A stretch of DNA of 64,000 bases from Verrucomicrobiota bacterium (GTDB lineage Bacteria; Verrucomicrobiota; Verrucomicrobiia; Opitutales; Opitutaceae): the NCBI GenBank assembly GCA_048497945.1, contig JBEHYX010000015.1:4740-68739 (forward strand), in the 5' to 3' direction. A program made the position numbers and the translations under genes. A model generated the notes under the pieces. That model saw nothing but the letters and a program-made list of their open reading frames with translations, ran no database searches and was not told where the DNA came from. This document shows positions 28,577 through 37,700 of this stretch, piece after piece; position 1 is the first letter of the stretch; each line of letters starts with the position of its first letter.

Positions 28577-29767
28577 TCAGGCCGGCGAACCACGGACAAT
28601 TTCACCGACATCGAGCACGTACATCCGGCGGCAGCCTTCATGGATCGAATCGATGCAGATCTTGCGTCCGTCCGGGCTCCAGCGGGGATGCAGGTCGCAG
28701 CGGATTTCCCACCGGGCCGGGGGCGAGAAGAAACGCCCGAGATCCATCCGGCGGCCGGTGGCCCAATGATACAGCAGCAGCGTGCGGTGATGGGTCGGGT
28801 CGGGATACGTGTCGGTGAGAACCCACTGCCGGTCGGGCGAGAAGGAACAGTGGCCGTCACAAGTGAGCACCGGCTCGCCAACGGGTGTGGCCGCACCGGT
28901 GGTCTCGTCGAAGAGAAAGTAGCGGTCACCCGCCTTGGGCTGCCGCGCCCAGGCGAGCACGCGGTGGCCATCGAGCCAGTCATAATGGGACACCATGTCG
29001 TCATCCGCCAGGCAGCGGCGGTCCGAACCGTCGATATTCAGGGCAAGCAGCCGGGTGGTGCCGACTTCCTCCCCCGGGCGCTTCCACCGATGGAGGCAGG
29101 CGAAACGCCGGTCGTCGGTGCTGAACTGCACGTGATTGAAGCGATGGACCAGCCCGGCGAAATCCGGGCGCGGCCGCAGCGCCGCCGCCTCGGCCAGGCT
29201 GAAGATCAGCCGCGTCGCGCCCGTCGCCAGGTCGACCGCGTACAGGCCATCGTCTGCCGGAATCGGCTCGTTGGCCCGGGGATCCGGCAGTCCCGCGTAG
29301 CCATAACCCGGCCGCTGGGTGTGGAGGCGCGCAAAGTTGAGCGAGACCGCATGGGTGCCGGCGCGGTTCACGCCGTAGACGGGCCGTTTGATGAGGCGTT
29401 CGCGGCGGGTTTCGACGTTGAGGATCCGGCTGACAAAGCGGCCGTCACGCCGATCATTGAAAATGATCTCCTTGTCGCGCCCTCCGTTCAGCCACTGGAG
29501 CATGCAGCCCTGCTGCCAATTCCAGGCCCGGGTTTCCGCCAGCGGAATCCAGGCCTGGGCGTCGCCGGTGTCGATCAACCCGATCTTCAGGACATCCTCC
29601 GCCCCCGGCGGCCGGTCCATGAAGGAAGCCTCCATCCCGAGCATCCAGCGGCCGGACGCCTCCCAGGGGGTTTTGTCGTAATATCCGAAGAAATAATGTC
29701 CGCCTCCGCGCGTGACCGCCTGGGCGGCGACGGGCGTGGAACGGGCTGTGGGGGGAACGGCAGGCAT
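28577..29767 (-). CDS. Oligogalacturonate-lyase/TolB-like beta-propeller protein
   Basis: HYFFGYYDKTPW, AWNWQQG, DGHCSFSPD, LTDTYPD and RCDLHPRWSPDG motifs. Confidence 0.65.
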   Translation of the reverse strand: MPAVPPTARSTPVAAQAVTRGGGHYFFGYYDKTPWEASGRWMLGMEASFMDRPPGAEDVLKIGLIDTGDAQAWIPLAETRAWNWQQGCMLQWLNGGRDKEIIFNDRRDGRFVSRILNVETRRERLIKRPVYGVNRAGTHAVSLNFARLHTQRPGYGYAGLPDPRANEPIPADDGLYAVDLATGATRLIFSLAEAAALRPRPDFAGLVHRFNHVQFSTDDRRFACLHRWKRPGEEVGTTRLLALNIDGSDRRCLADDDMVSHYDWLDGHRVLAWARQPKAGDRYFLFDETTGAATPVGEPVLTCDGHCSFSPDRQWVLTDTYPDPTHHRTLLLYHWATGRRMDLGRFFSPPARWEIRCDLHPRWSPDGRKICIDSIHEGCRRMYVLDVGEIVRGSPA

Positions 29768-29813
29768 GGCGAGAACACGGCATGTCCCCTCCGGGTCGCC
29801 AAACCCCGGCGCC

Positions 29814-29860
29814 CGCATACAAATAAGTTCCCCGACGCCCCGTTTACTTATATTAATAAG
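29814..29860. promoter_or_regulatory. Two operator-like sites (CGCAT-ACAA-ATAAG; CTTAT-ATTA-ATAAG)
   Basis: AT-rich palindromes in the divergent promoter of the LacI gene. The same motif recurs at 34311, 40286 and 40371. Confidence 0.6.
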
Positions 29861-29897
29861 CTCGACGCGTTTCGCCGGCGACGAACTATTTCCCATC

Positions 29898-30980
29898 GTG
29901 GCGAACAGTCCTGTGGAACCCATCCGCCCCACGCAAAAAGATGTGGCCCGCACGGCCGGAGTGACGCAACCGACCGTGTCTTTGGCGCTGCGCAACCATC
30001 CGGAAGTGTCGCCGGAGACCTGCGCGCGCATCCAAAAAGTGGCCCGGCGGATGGGCTACAGTCCCGATCCCTACCTCGCGGGGCTTTCGGCGTATCGCAA
30101 GACGCAGCGGCCGGCAAAATTCCAGGCCGCGCTCGCGTGGCTGTCGAACTATGCGGAAGGCGAAAGCTGGCGGAATTTCCCGGCGTTCGCGGGCTACTTC
30201 GAGGGCGCAACCCAGCGGGCCCGGGAACTCGGGTACCGGCTCGAGGAGTTCCGGCTGCGCACGCCCGACATGACCGCCGCGCGCATGGAGAACATCCTGG
30301 CGGCGCGCAATATCGCCGGCGTCCTGGTCGCGCCCCAGCCGCGGGCCGGCACCAGGCTGGAATTTCGATTCGACCGCTTTTCCGCCGTCACCTTCGGCTA
30401 CACCCTGACCGAGCCGCAGCTGCACGTGACGGCGCTGCAGATGTTCCGGTCCATGGAAACCGCCTTCCGCCGGCTGGTCGCGCTGGGCTATCGCCGGCCC
30501 GGGCTGGCGCTGGCCGCCGAGAGCGATCGCCGCGCCGACAGCCAATGGTCGGCGGCGTTCTGGACGGAGCAGCGCGCCCTGCCCGAGAACTGCCGCGTGC
30601 CGCTGTTCCTGGGCCAGCCGCTCGAACGACGGACGTTTCTCGAATGGTTCAGAAAACACCGGCCTGATGTGGTGGTGGCGATCTGGCCCGAAGTCCTCGC
30701 CTGGCTGGTCGAAGCCGGGGTCACCGTGCCCGACGACGTCGGGCTGGCCCTGCTCACGGTGCCCGACGGCGGAGCGCTCTATTCCGGCATCTGGGAAAAT
30801 CCGCAGATGATCGGCGCCAAGGCCGTGGAATTCCTGATCGACCTCACCCACCGCAGCGAACGGGGCGCCCCGGCCGTGCCGCTCACGATGCTCGTCGCGG
30901 GAACCTGGGTGGAAGGAAAGACGGTCCGGCCCCAGGAAATCGGCGCGGCCCCAAAGGCCGCGGCGATCACGCGAGCCTGA
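29898..30980 (+). CDS. LacI-family transcriptional regulator
   Basis: PTQKDVARTAGVTQPTVSLALRNHPEVSPET HTH; LGYRRPG. GTG start inferred. Confidence 0.9.
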   Translation: MANSPVEPIRPTQKDVARTAGVTQPTVSLALRNHPEVSPETCARIQKVARRMGYSPDPYLAGLSAYRKTQRPAKFQAALAWLSNYAEGESWRNFPAFAGYFEGATQRARELGYRLEEFRLRTPDMTAARMENILAARNIAGVLVAPQPRAGTRLEFRFDRFSAVTFGYTLTEPQLHVTALQMFRSMETAFRRLVALGYRRPGLALAAESDRRADSQWSAAFWTEQRALPENCRVPLFLGQPLERRTFLEWFRKHRPDVVVAIWPEVLAWLVEAGVTVPDDVGLALLTVPDGGALYSGIWENPQMIGAKAVEFLIDLTHRSERGAPAVPLTMLVAGTWVEGKTVRPQEIGAAPKAAAITRA

Positions 30981-31959
30981 CCACCTGCCCCGTCCGGGCG
31001 GATTCCTGCAGGGCCAGGGCGGCAACCAGCGACGGACGCGCATCGCGCAGGGAGTCGGGCGACGGGCGGCCCGCCCGGATGCATTCGAAAAACCGGTCGA
31101 AAGCCCGGCCGGGATCCTTCACATCGCGGACCGCCACCAATTCCTCCCGCTCCGCGTTTTCGGCGTGGAAACGCAGCTGCGTATGCTCCCGTTCCCCGGT
31201 CAGGACGGCCGAGCCGGCCGAGCCGATGACCTGCGTGTAATGATCGCGCATGCGGCAGACGGAGTCGCTGATCCGGCCCGTCGCGCCGCTGGCGAAACCA
31301 AGGACCGCGTCCACGTACTCCTCGGAGCCGCCGGGCGCCGTCGTGTTGGTGCGGCCATAAATCGTCTTCAGCGGCCCGCCCAACCAGTACAGCAGGTCGA
31401 GCCCATGGCACGCGTGGTGCACCGACCAGCCGCCGGACATCTCCGGCGAAATCACCGCGGGATGCCGGGCGCCGCCCGCGTACAGGCCATAACCCCGAGT
31501 CCGGCTGTGATTCACCGCCAGCAGCTGGCCGAACCGGCCTTGGTCCACCCATTGCCGGAGGGTGCGGTAGGCTTCGATGTAGCGAAGCGAATAGTTGACC
31601 TGCGTGACCACGCCGGCCGCTTCCGCCGCGGCGATCGCGCGATCCGCGTCCGGCAGGTTGAGCGCGATCGGCTTTTCGCAAAACACATGGCACCCCGCCC
31701 GCGCCGCCGCCTCGACCTGCGCCGCGTGCACCGCCGAGGTCGAGGCGATGATCAGGAAGTCCGGCTTGAGCCGGAGGAGCTCGTCCAGGTCGCCCATGGC
31801 GGCGAGGCCGCAAGCCCGCGCGGCGGCCTGCGCCGCCGGCATCGGGTCGCACGCCCCGAGCAGGCGGACCGCGCCCGCCCGGTGCGTGAGCAGGAATTGC
31901 GCGAAGCTCCGGCCGGCGTTTCCGAAGCCGGCAATGCCGCCGGAGATAAGCCGATCCAT
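30967..31959 (-). CDS. Gfo/Idh/MocA oxidoreductase
   Basis: GIAGFGNAG, HVFCEKP and HHACHGLD motifs. Confidence 0.88.
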   Translation of the reverse strand: MDRLISGGIAGFGNAGRSFAQFLLTHRAGAVRLLGACDPMPAAQAAARACGLAAMGDLDELLRLKPDFLIIASTSAVHAAQVEAAARAGCHVFCEKPIALNLPDADRAIAAAEAAGVVTQVNYSLRYIEAYRTLRQWVDQGRFGQLLAVNHSRTRGYGLYAGGARHPAVISPEMSGGWSVHHACHGLDLLYWLGGPLKTIYGRTNTTAPGGSEEYVDAVLGFASGATGRISDSVCRMRDHYTQVIGSAGSAVLTGEREHTQLRFHAENAEREELVAVRDVKDPGRAFDRFFECIRAGRPSPDSLRDARPSLVAALALQESARTGQVVRLA

Positions 31960-31982
31960 GTTATGCCCGGGCGGCGGAATGC

Positions 31983-34226
31983 TTAGAACGCAACCTTGAC
32001 GCTGAAGCGCACCTGGCGGTCGGTGTCGAAGTAGTAGCCGACGTCCCCTTGTCCGCCATAGACCGTCTCCGGCCGGAGCAAATTGGTGCCGTTGATCATG
32101 AAGGTCGTGCGGTAACCCGAGAAGTCGCGGGTGTAGCTGAGGTTGGCCTGGGCATTGTACGCGGCTTTGGCCGTATTTGGCACACCCGTGGCGGATGACG
32201 AGGAATATCCGCGGAGACCTTCGCCATGCCAGGTCGCGCCCACGCCCAGGGACCAACCCTTCAGCTTCTCCGGGGTGTACTTGGCCCACAGCGCCGCGCG
32301 GTTGCGGAAAAACGGCGTAACCTTGCGGCCAATGGTGTAGGTCTGCGCGTCGTTGAGGATTTCGGTGTCGTTGTAGGCGTAGCTCCCGATCAGCTGGACG
32401 TCGTGAATCGGGCGGTAATACAGGCTGAGGTCGACGCCCTTGGACATCGTCTCGCCCGTCGCCACGTTGGCGCCGCGCGGGAGGCTCGGATCGGCCGTGG
32501 GATTGTCGGCGTTGGGCGCGGTGGCGTCGAAGATGACGCGGTTGCGCTGGCGAATATCGTAGATGCTGAGCGTGCCCGTGAGCTTCCGGTCGGCCGTCTC
32601 GACCTTCAGGCCATACTCGAAGCTCTTGCCCTGGACCGGCGGGAAGATCTCGCCGAAACCACCGGTCGAGCCGCCGGTCTGCGGATAAAGCGACGTGGCA
32701 TAGAGGGCATAGAGCGACAGCCAGTCGATCGGGCGCGCGACGACGCCGAGCTGCGGGTTCGCCTTGTTCGCCGCATAGCGCTGCTCCTGGCCGCCGAAGG
32801 CCCGGATGTAATTATCGATGCTGGTGTAGAAAACGCCGGCGAGCGTGACGATGCGGTCGTCCAGCAGGCGCGCCTGATGCGTCACGTAACCGCCCGCCAC
32901 CGTATTCTCCTCCCGCCGGGAGGAGGTCGAAAGCGCGGTTTGGAACACGTAATTGATGTCGGCCGGCTTATCGAGGTCGGGGTTCATGTCCGTGAGCGAC
33001 CAATAACGGTAGCGCAGCGCATTGCTGGCATCCTGATCGTAGTAACGCGGCGAATAGAACTTATCCACGCCGGCCTGGCCGCCCACCAGCACCTGGTGCT
33101 TGACCGGGCCCGTGTCGAACTTCACGAGCGCATCGGCCGCGATGCTCTGCATCTGGTTGTTGAGAATGAATTTTCTCCACGTGCCGCGGATCACGCGCGT
33201 GCCGGTGGCAATTCCCTCGCGATTGCCCGCGGGAGCCGTCGCCGTCGCGACGCTCATGTACTCCTGCGTCGAGTGCTGCGTATGCGAATTGTAGACCAGC
33301 CGGCCGGAAACGTTGGAATTGAAGGTGTGCTCCAGGGTCACGAAGAACGTGCGGGTATCCTCATCGTAATAACTGCCCGGGCCCTCGTAATTGAAGGAAC
33401 GGGGAACCGCGAAGCCGCCCTCGCTGACCGGCGATTGGATCGGCACGTTGTTGACGAGCAGATAACCCGAGGTGAAGTGGTGCGGATAGGAGGTCCAATC
33501 CGCGTCGATCAGCAGGCGGGTGCTGTCGGACAACCGCCAGCTCAACGTGGGGCTGACGAGCCAGGAGTGGCTGTCGTTGAAATCGACGTCCGAACCGTCG
33601 CGTTCGTAGGCGCCCACGAGCCGGAGCGAAACCTGGTCGTTGAGGCGGTAGTTGAAATCGCCGTCGGTCCGGAGCGTGTCGCTCGAGCCGAACGTCTGGC
33701 GGATCGAGCTGGAATTCTTTCCCGTCGGCTGCTTGGTGATCACGTTCAGGATGCCGCCGGGCTGGGAAATGCCATACAGGACCGCGGCCGGGCCGCTCAC
33801 GGTTTCGATGCGGGCGACCTTGGCCGTGTCGGTGCGCTTATAATAGCGAAACCCGTTCCGCAGCTGCCAGTCGCTGTTAAAGCCGCGGATCTGGGCCTGG
33901 TAGGAGTTGTCGCTGACGGAGACCGATGCGTTGTAGGCCATCGCCTCCTGCAGGTTGAAGGCGCCGATGTCCTCGATGAATTCCTCCGTGACCACCTGGA
34001 TGTTCATCGGGATCTCCCGCAACTGCGTCCGGACCTTCGTGCCCGACAGCGACTCGCTGGGCGCATAGCCCTCGTCGCGCGCGGCCGACACTTGAAAAGG
34101 CGACAGCACGAGGGTCGATGCTTGAGTCGGGCTGGGCGAATTGGATCCAACGGCTTGGGCAAGTCCCGGAATGGCGGCCGTAGCCGTCAGCGCGAGAAGG
34201 AGGAGGAATCGGGGCTGGTTGATCAT
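31983..34226 (-). CDS. TonB-dependent receptor
   Basis: Signal peptide MINQPRFLLLLALTATAA; LVLSPFQV; plug motif GPAAVLYGISQPGGILN; C-terminal Phe. Confidence 0.9.
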   Translation of the reverse strand: MINQPRFLLLLALTATAAIPGLAQAVGSNSPSPTQASTLVLSPFQVSAARDEGYAPSESLSGTKVRTQLREIPMNIQVVTEEFIEDIGAFNLQEAMAYNASVSVSDNSYQAQIRGFNSDWQLRNGFRYYKRTDTAKVARIETVSGPAAVLYGISQPGGILNVITKQPTGKNSSSIRQTFGSSDTLRTDGDFNYRLNDQVSLRLVGAYERDGSDVDFNDSHSWLVSPTLSWRLSDSTRLLIDADWTSYPHHFTSGYLLVNNVPIQSPVSEGGFAVPRSFNYEGPGSYYDEDTRTFFVTLEHTFNSNVSGRLVYNSHTQHSTQEYMSVATATAPAGNREGIATGTRVIRGTWRKFILNNQMQSIAADALVKFDTGPVKHQVLVGGQAGVDKFYSPRYYDQDASNALRYRYWSLTDMNPDLDKPADINYVFQTALSTSSRREENTVAGGYVTHQARLLDDRIVTLAGVFYTSIDNYIRAFGGQEQRYAANKANPQLGVVARPIDWLSLYALYATSLYPQTGGSTGGFGEIFPPVQGKSFEYGLKVETADRKLTGTLSIYDIRQRNRVIFDATAPNADNPTADPSLPRGANVATGETMSKGVDLSLYYRPIHDVQLIGSYAYNDTEILNDAQTYTIGRKVTPFFRNRAALWAKYTPEKLKGWSLGVGATWHGEGLRGYSSSSATGVPNTAKAAYNAQANLSYTRDFSGYRTTFMINGTNLLRPETVYGGQGDVGYYFDTDRQVRFSVKVAF

Positions 34227-34310
34227 GGGGATAAGGGGTGTTCGGCCGCAGGGGTTGGGCCGGCGAGCGAAGAACGTCCAATCGGGCGCCTCCCCGCAAC
34301 CGACCCGACA

Positions 34311-34324
34311 CTTATACAGATAGG
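34311..34324. promoter_or_regulatory. Operator-like site CTTAT-ACAG-ATAGG
   Basis: About 85 bp upstream of the TonB receptor start; matches the locus motif. Confidence 0.55.
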
Positions 34325-34742
34325 CTGGGAATGTCGCGACCGCACCTTGTGACATGATCCTTCCGGATTTGTTGGTGGTGCTTGCTTCGGCCGGCCCGCT
34401 GCCGGTCGACGCGGTCGCGCTGGCGTTCAATATGCTCGTGTCGGTTTTCACACCGTCCATGCGATTCCGGATCGTGACCGCATGGAAACCGCGCGACCGC
34501 GCGAGGACCGGGGCGGACGACTTCCGATCCAGAATCCGCCCCACCGAAACGACCTGCGAAGCGGTCGGGCTTACGGTGCCATCGATGCCGTGAAGGAAAC
34601 GGCCGCTGCGGCCGTGCGCCGGCGACAACGAAAGCCACGAATCACCGGTGGCCGCAACTCTGTGCGGACGACCACCCTGCCCTCGCATGCGGTCGTTGCC
34701 ACCCGGCCGCCGGGACGCGTGCATCCGCGCCCGGCTTGTCCG

Positions 34743-37700
34743 TCAGAATTCCATCTGGTGAAGCACACCGCCGCTGTTGATGACCAGACGATCGGACTCG
34801 ACCCGTCCATTGAGCCGGGCGTTCCCGTTGATTGTCACCGTGCCGGCCGGGGCCAGCACGACTCCGTCCAGGCGGGCACCGCTATTCAGCGTGACGCCGC
34901 CGGTCGCGATTTGCAGCGTCAACCATTGCGGATGAGCGGAGTTGCCGATGCCGCCGCCCACGGAAAGGCCGTTGGCCATCGTGAGGAGCACCGGCCCGGC
35001 GAGTTCGATCTCCGCGCCGGAATTCAGCGTGAGCGACTGAAGGTTATAAACCGCCGGCTCGGTCGCGCCGGCCACGCCGAAGACGAAATGGGTCCCTGGG
35101 TTGCCAGCGAAAGCGCCGTAGGTGCCGGCAGGAACCACGACCGTCCCCGCGCTGCCGTTGAGCGTGAGGTTGGCCAGCGTCGTGTAGTCGCCCGGGCTTT
35201 GTCCCGGGGCGTTGAGCACCACCGAACGCGTCCCCAGCGGTGCCGGCGGCGCGGCGACGGCGACGAGGGCCAGCGCATCGGTCCGGCGCACCACGTGACG
35301 CAGCGTGGCTCCCGCGTTCAACGTGACCTGGTAGCCTGCCGGGGTTGCACTGCCGCTGCCGTCGGTCGTGCCGGCGTAAACCGGCGCACCGTTCAACGTC
35401 ACGGCCGGCTGGCCCGGGACCAGAATATCGCCGGAGACACGGGCCTGGCTGTTGAGCGCGAAGCTTTCCGGAAGCCCGAGCTGCAACGAGCCTTCGAGGA
35501 TGCCGTTGACGCCGGGCGCATGCCGCACCAGCGCGGTCGTCGCGATAACCAGCGTCCCGTCGACGCTGCCGACATAGTCGGGATCGTTGAGCGTGGCGGT
35601 AACCGGGTAGCTGCCGGGGGCAACCGGCGGTGTCACCGAACCGGCGTAAGTGACCACGACATTGAGACCGGCGGGCGCCGTGATCGCGGATGCCTCCTTG
35701 GGCGTGCCGTCATAGGCCCGCGTCAGGTCGCCCAGCGTCACGCCGGCGTGCGCCGGGTTGACGGTGAGCTGCGCAAGCTCGCTGGTGACGGAGCCCACGC
35801 CATTGCTCGCCACCACCCGATAGGAACCCGCCTGAGCCAAGGTGATATCCGGCAGAACCAAGGTCGCCCCACTGGCCCCGGGAAGATCGGCCCCATCCTT
35901 CTGCCACTGGTACTGCGGCGCGGGGTTGCCGGCGGCCTCCGCCCGGAAGGTGACGGTATCCCCGACCGTCGCCGACTGGGAAATTGGCGAGAGCAGGAAG
36001 GCCGGCGCCTGCAGGCTTTCGGCTGGTCCCACATCGGTCGGGAGCGTGGTGCTGGCCTTGACGACAATCTTGTCGATCACGACTCCGTCCTCCCGCATCC
36101 AGATCGTCAACGTGTGCCGGCCCGCCGGGATGGTCAATGTCGCCGGAGACCGCTTCCAATCGAGCGTGCGCGCGGCGGTCACAACCTGGGACACCGCCGT
36201 GGCTCCATCGAGGGAGACATACACCGAGTCGTCAGTCGAACTGGCGCCGAATGTCCGGATGAAGACATAATAGTTGCCGGCCGGCGCCTGATCGAACGCG
36301 TAATCGACGCGGGGCAGCGTGCTGCTGAGGGTGGGATAACCGACCCCGAGATTTTCGAGGCCCTGCAGCGCATTGTTCTCTGCGCCGCTCGCCCCCGCGA
36401 AGGTCACGGCGGTCCAACGCTGGCCGGCCCCATCCGCGGCGCTGGTAAAATGCTCGGCCTCCATCACCAGCTGGCCGTCGCCGAATTGGAAGGCGCCGGC
36501 CGCCCCGATGGCATAGGTGCCGGACGTCACGGCGCTGTCGAGGGCGCCGCCGGCGACCGCGACGGCCTTCAAGGTCGTGGTGGTCGTGACCGGCACCGCG
36601 GCGTCGTAAAGCGTGCCATGCGTGGCGCTGGGGACACTGCCATCGGTCGTGTAACGAATCGCGGCGTCCGGCGTGGCGGTGGTCATCGCGATGAATTGCG
36701 CGCCGCTGTAGGTGCCGGGCTCCGGGGAAAACACCGGGGCGGCCGCCTGCGGCAGATTGATGGTGTAGGTCGCGCTTGTCACCGCGCTATCCGCCATGCC
36801 GGCTTTCGTCGCGACCGCCCGGAGCACCGCGCTCGCGCTCAGCTCGATGGGCCCGGCATAAACGTTTCCATTCGTGCCGGTCGGAACACTGCCGTCCAAG
36901 GTATAACGGATCGCGGCCCCGGGCGTTGCACTGGCGAGGGAGACGCTCTGGATGCTCGTGTAAGTGCCGCCGCTCGGACTGAATGTCGGCGCCGCGACCG
37001 GCGGCAGGGTGACATTGAGGGTGTAGGTCCGTGTTACCGTGTCGCCGTTCGCATCCCTGACCTGCACCGTGAAGGTGCTGCTGCCGGCGGCCGCCGGGGT
37101 GCCGCTCAGGAGCCCGTTGCTCGCCAATGTCAGCCCGGACGGCAGGTCACCGCCGACCAGCGTCCACGTGAGCGGGCCTTCGCCCCCTGCGACGAGCGTG
37201 TACTGGAACGCGGCGCCGGTCCCGGCATCCGGCACCTGGCCCGTAAAGATCACGGGCACCGGGCCCGGCGCCGACGCCGGCACGAACGGATCGTTGGTTA
37301 CCATGATCTGGTCGACCTGCGCGCCGAGCTCGCGCGCGCGGATCACAATGCGATGCGCACCGGCCGGGAGAACAAAGTGGCCGGTCATATTTTCCGTCGG
37401 GGTCGCCGGCACCACGTGCGCCCGGTTCCAGCTCCAGGTGTCCTCCCCGATGCCCCAGAGATCCCAGCGGTATTCCTCGCCGGAATCCACCCGGAGCCAG
37501 ATGGAATCCTGGGTGGGAATGAGATTGGCCGGGCCCGCGGCGCGAACCCGCGCCATCACGAAATAAATTCCCGCCTCGGGAATATCGAAATCGAGCCCGA
37601 TCTCCCCCGCCGTCTGGCCGGACTGCAGCGTCACCGCCTGCACATAACCGCCGTTCGCGGCGTTGGCGTCGGACCCGCCTTGAAAACCCGCGACGGGCAG

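Noticed and set aside
34227-34724. 166-codon in-frame N-terminal extension of the TonB receptor
   Set aside because: A clear signal peptide starts at ATG 34226 and an operator-like site lies inside the extension, so it is treated as intergenic. A decayed gene fragment cannot be excluded.
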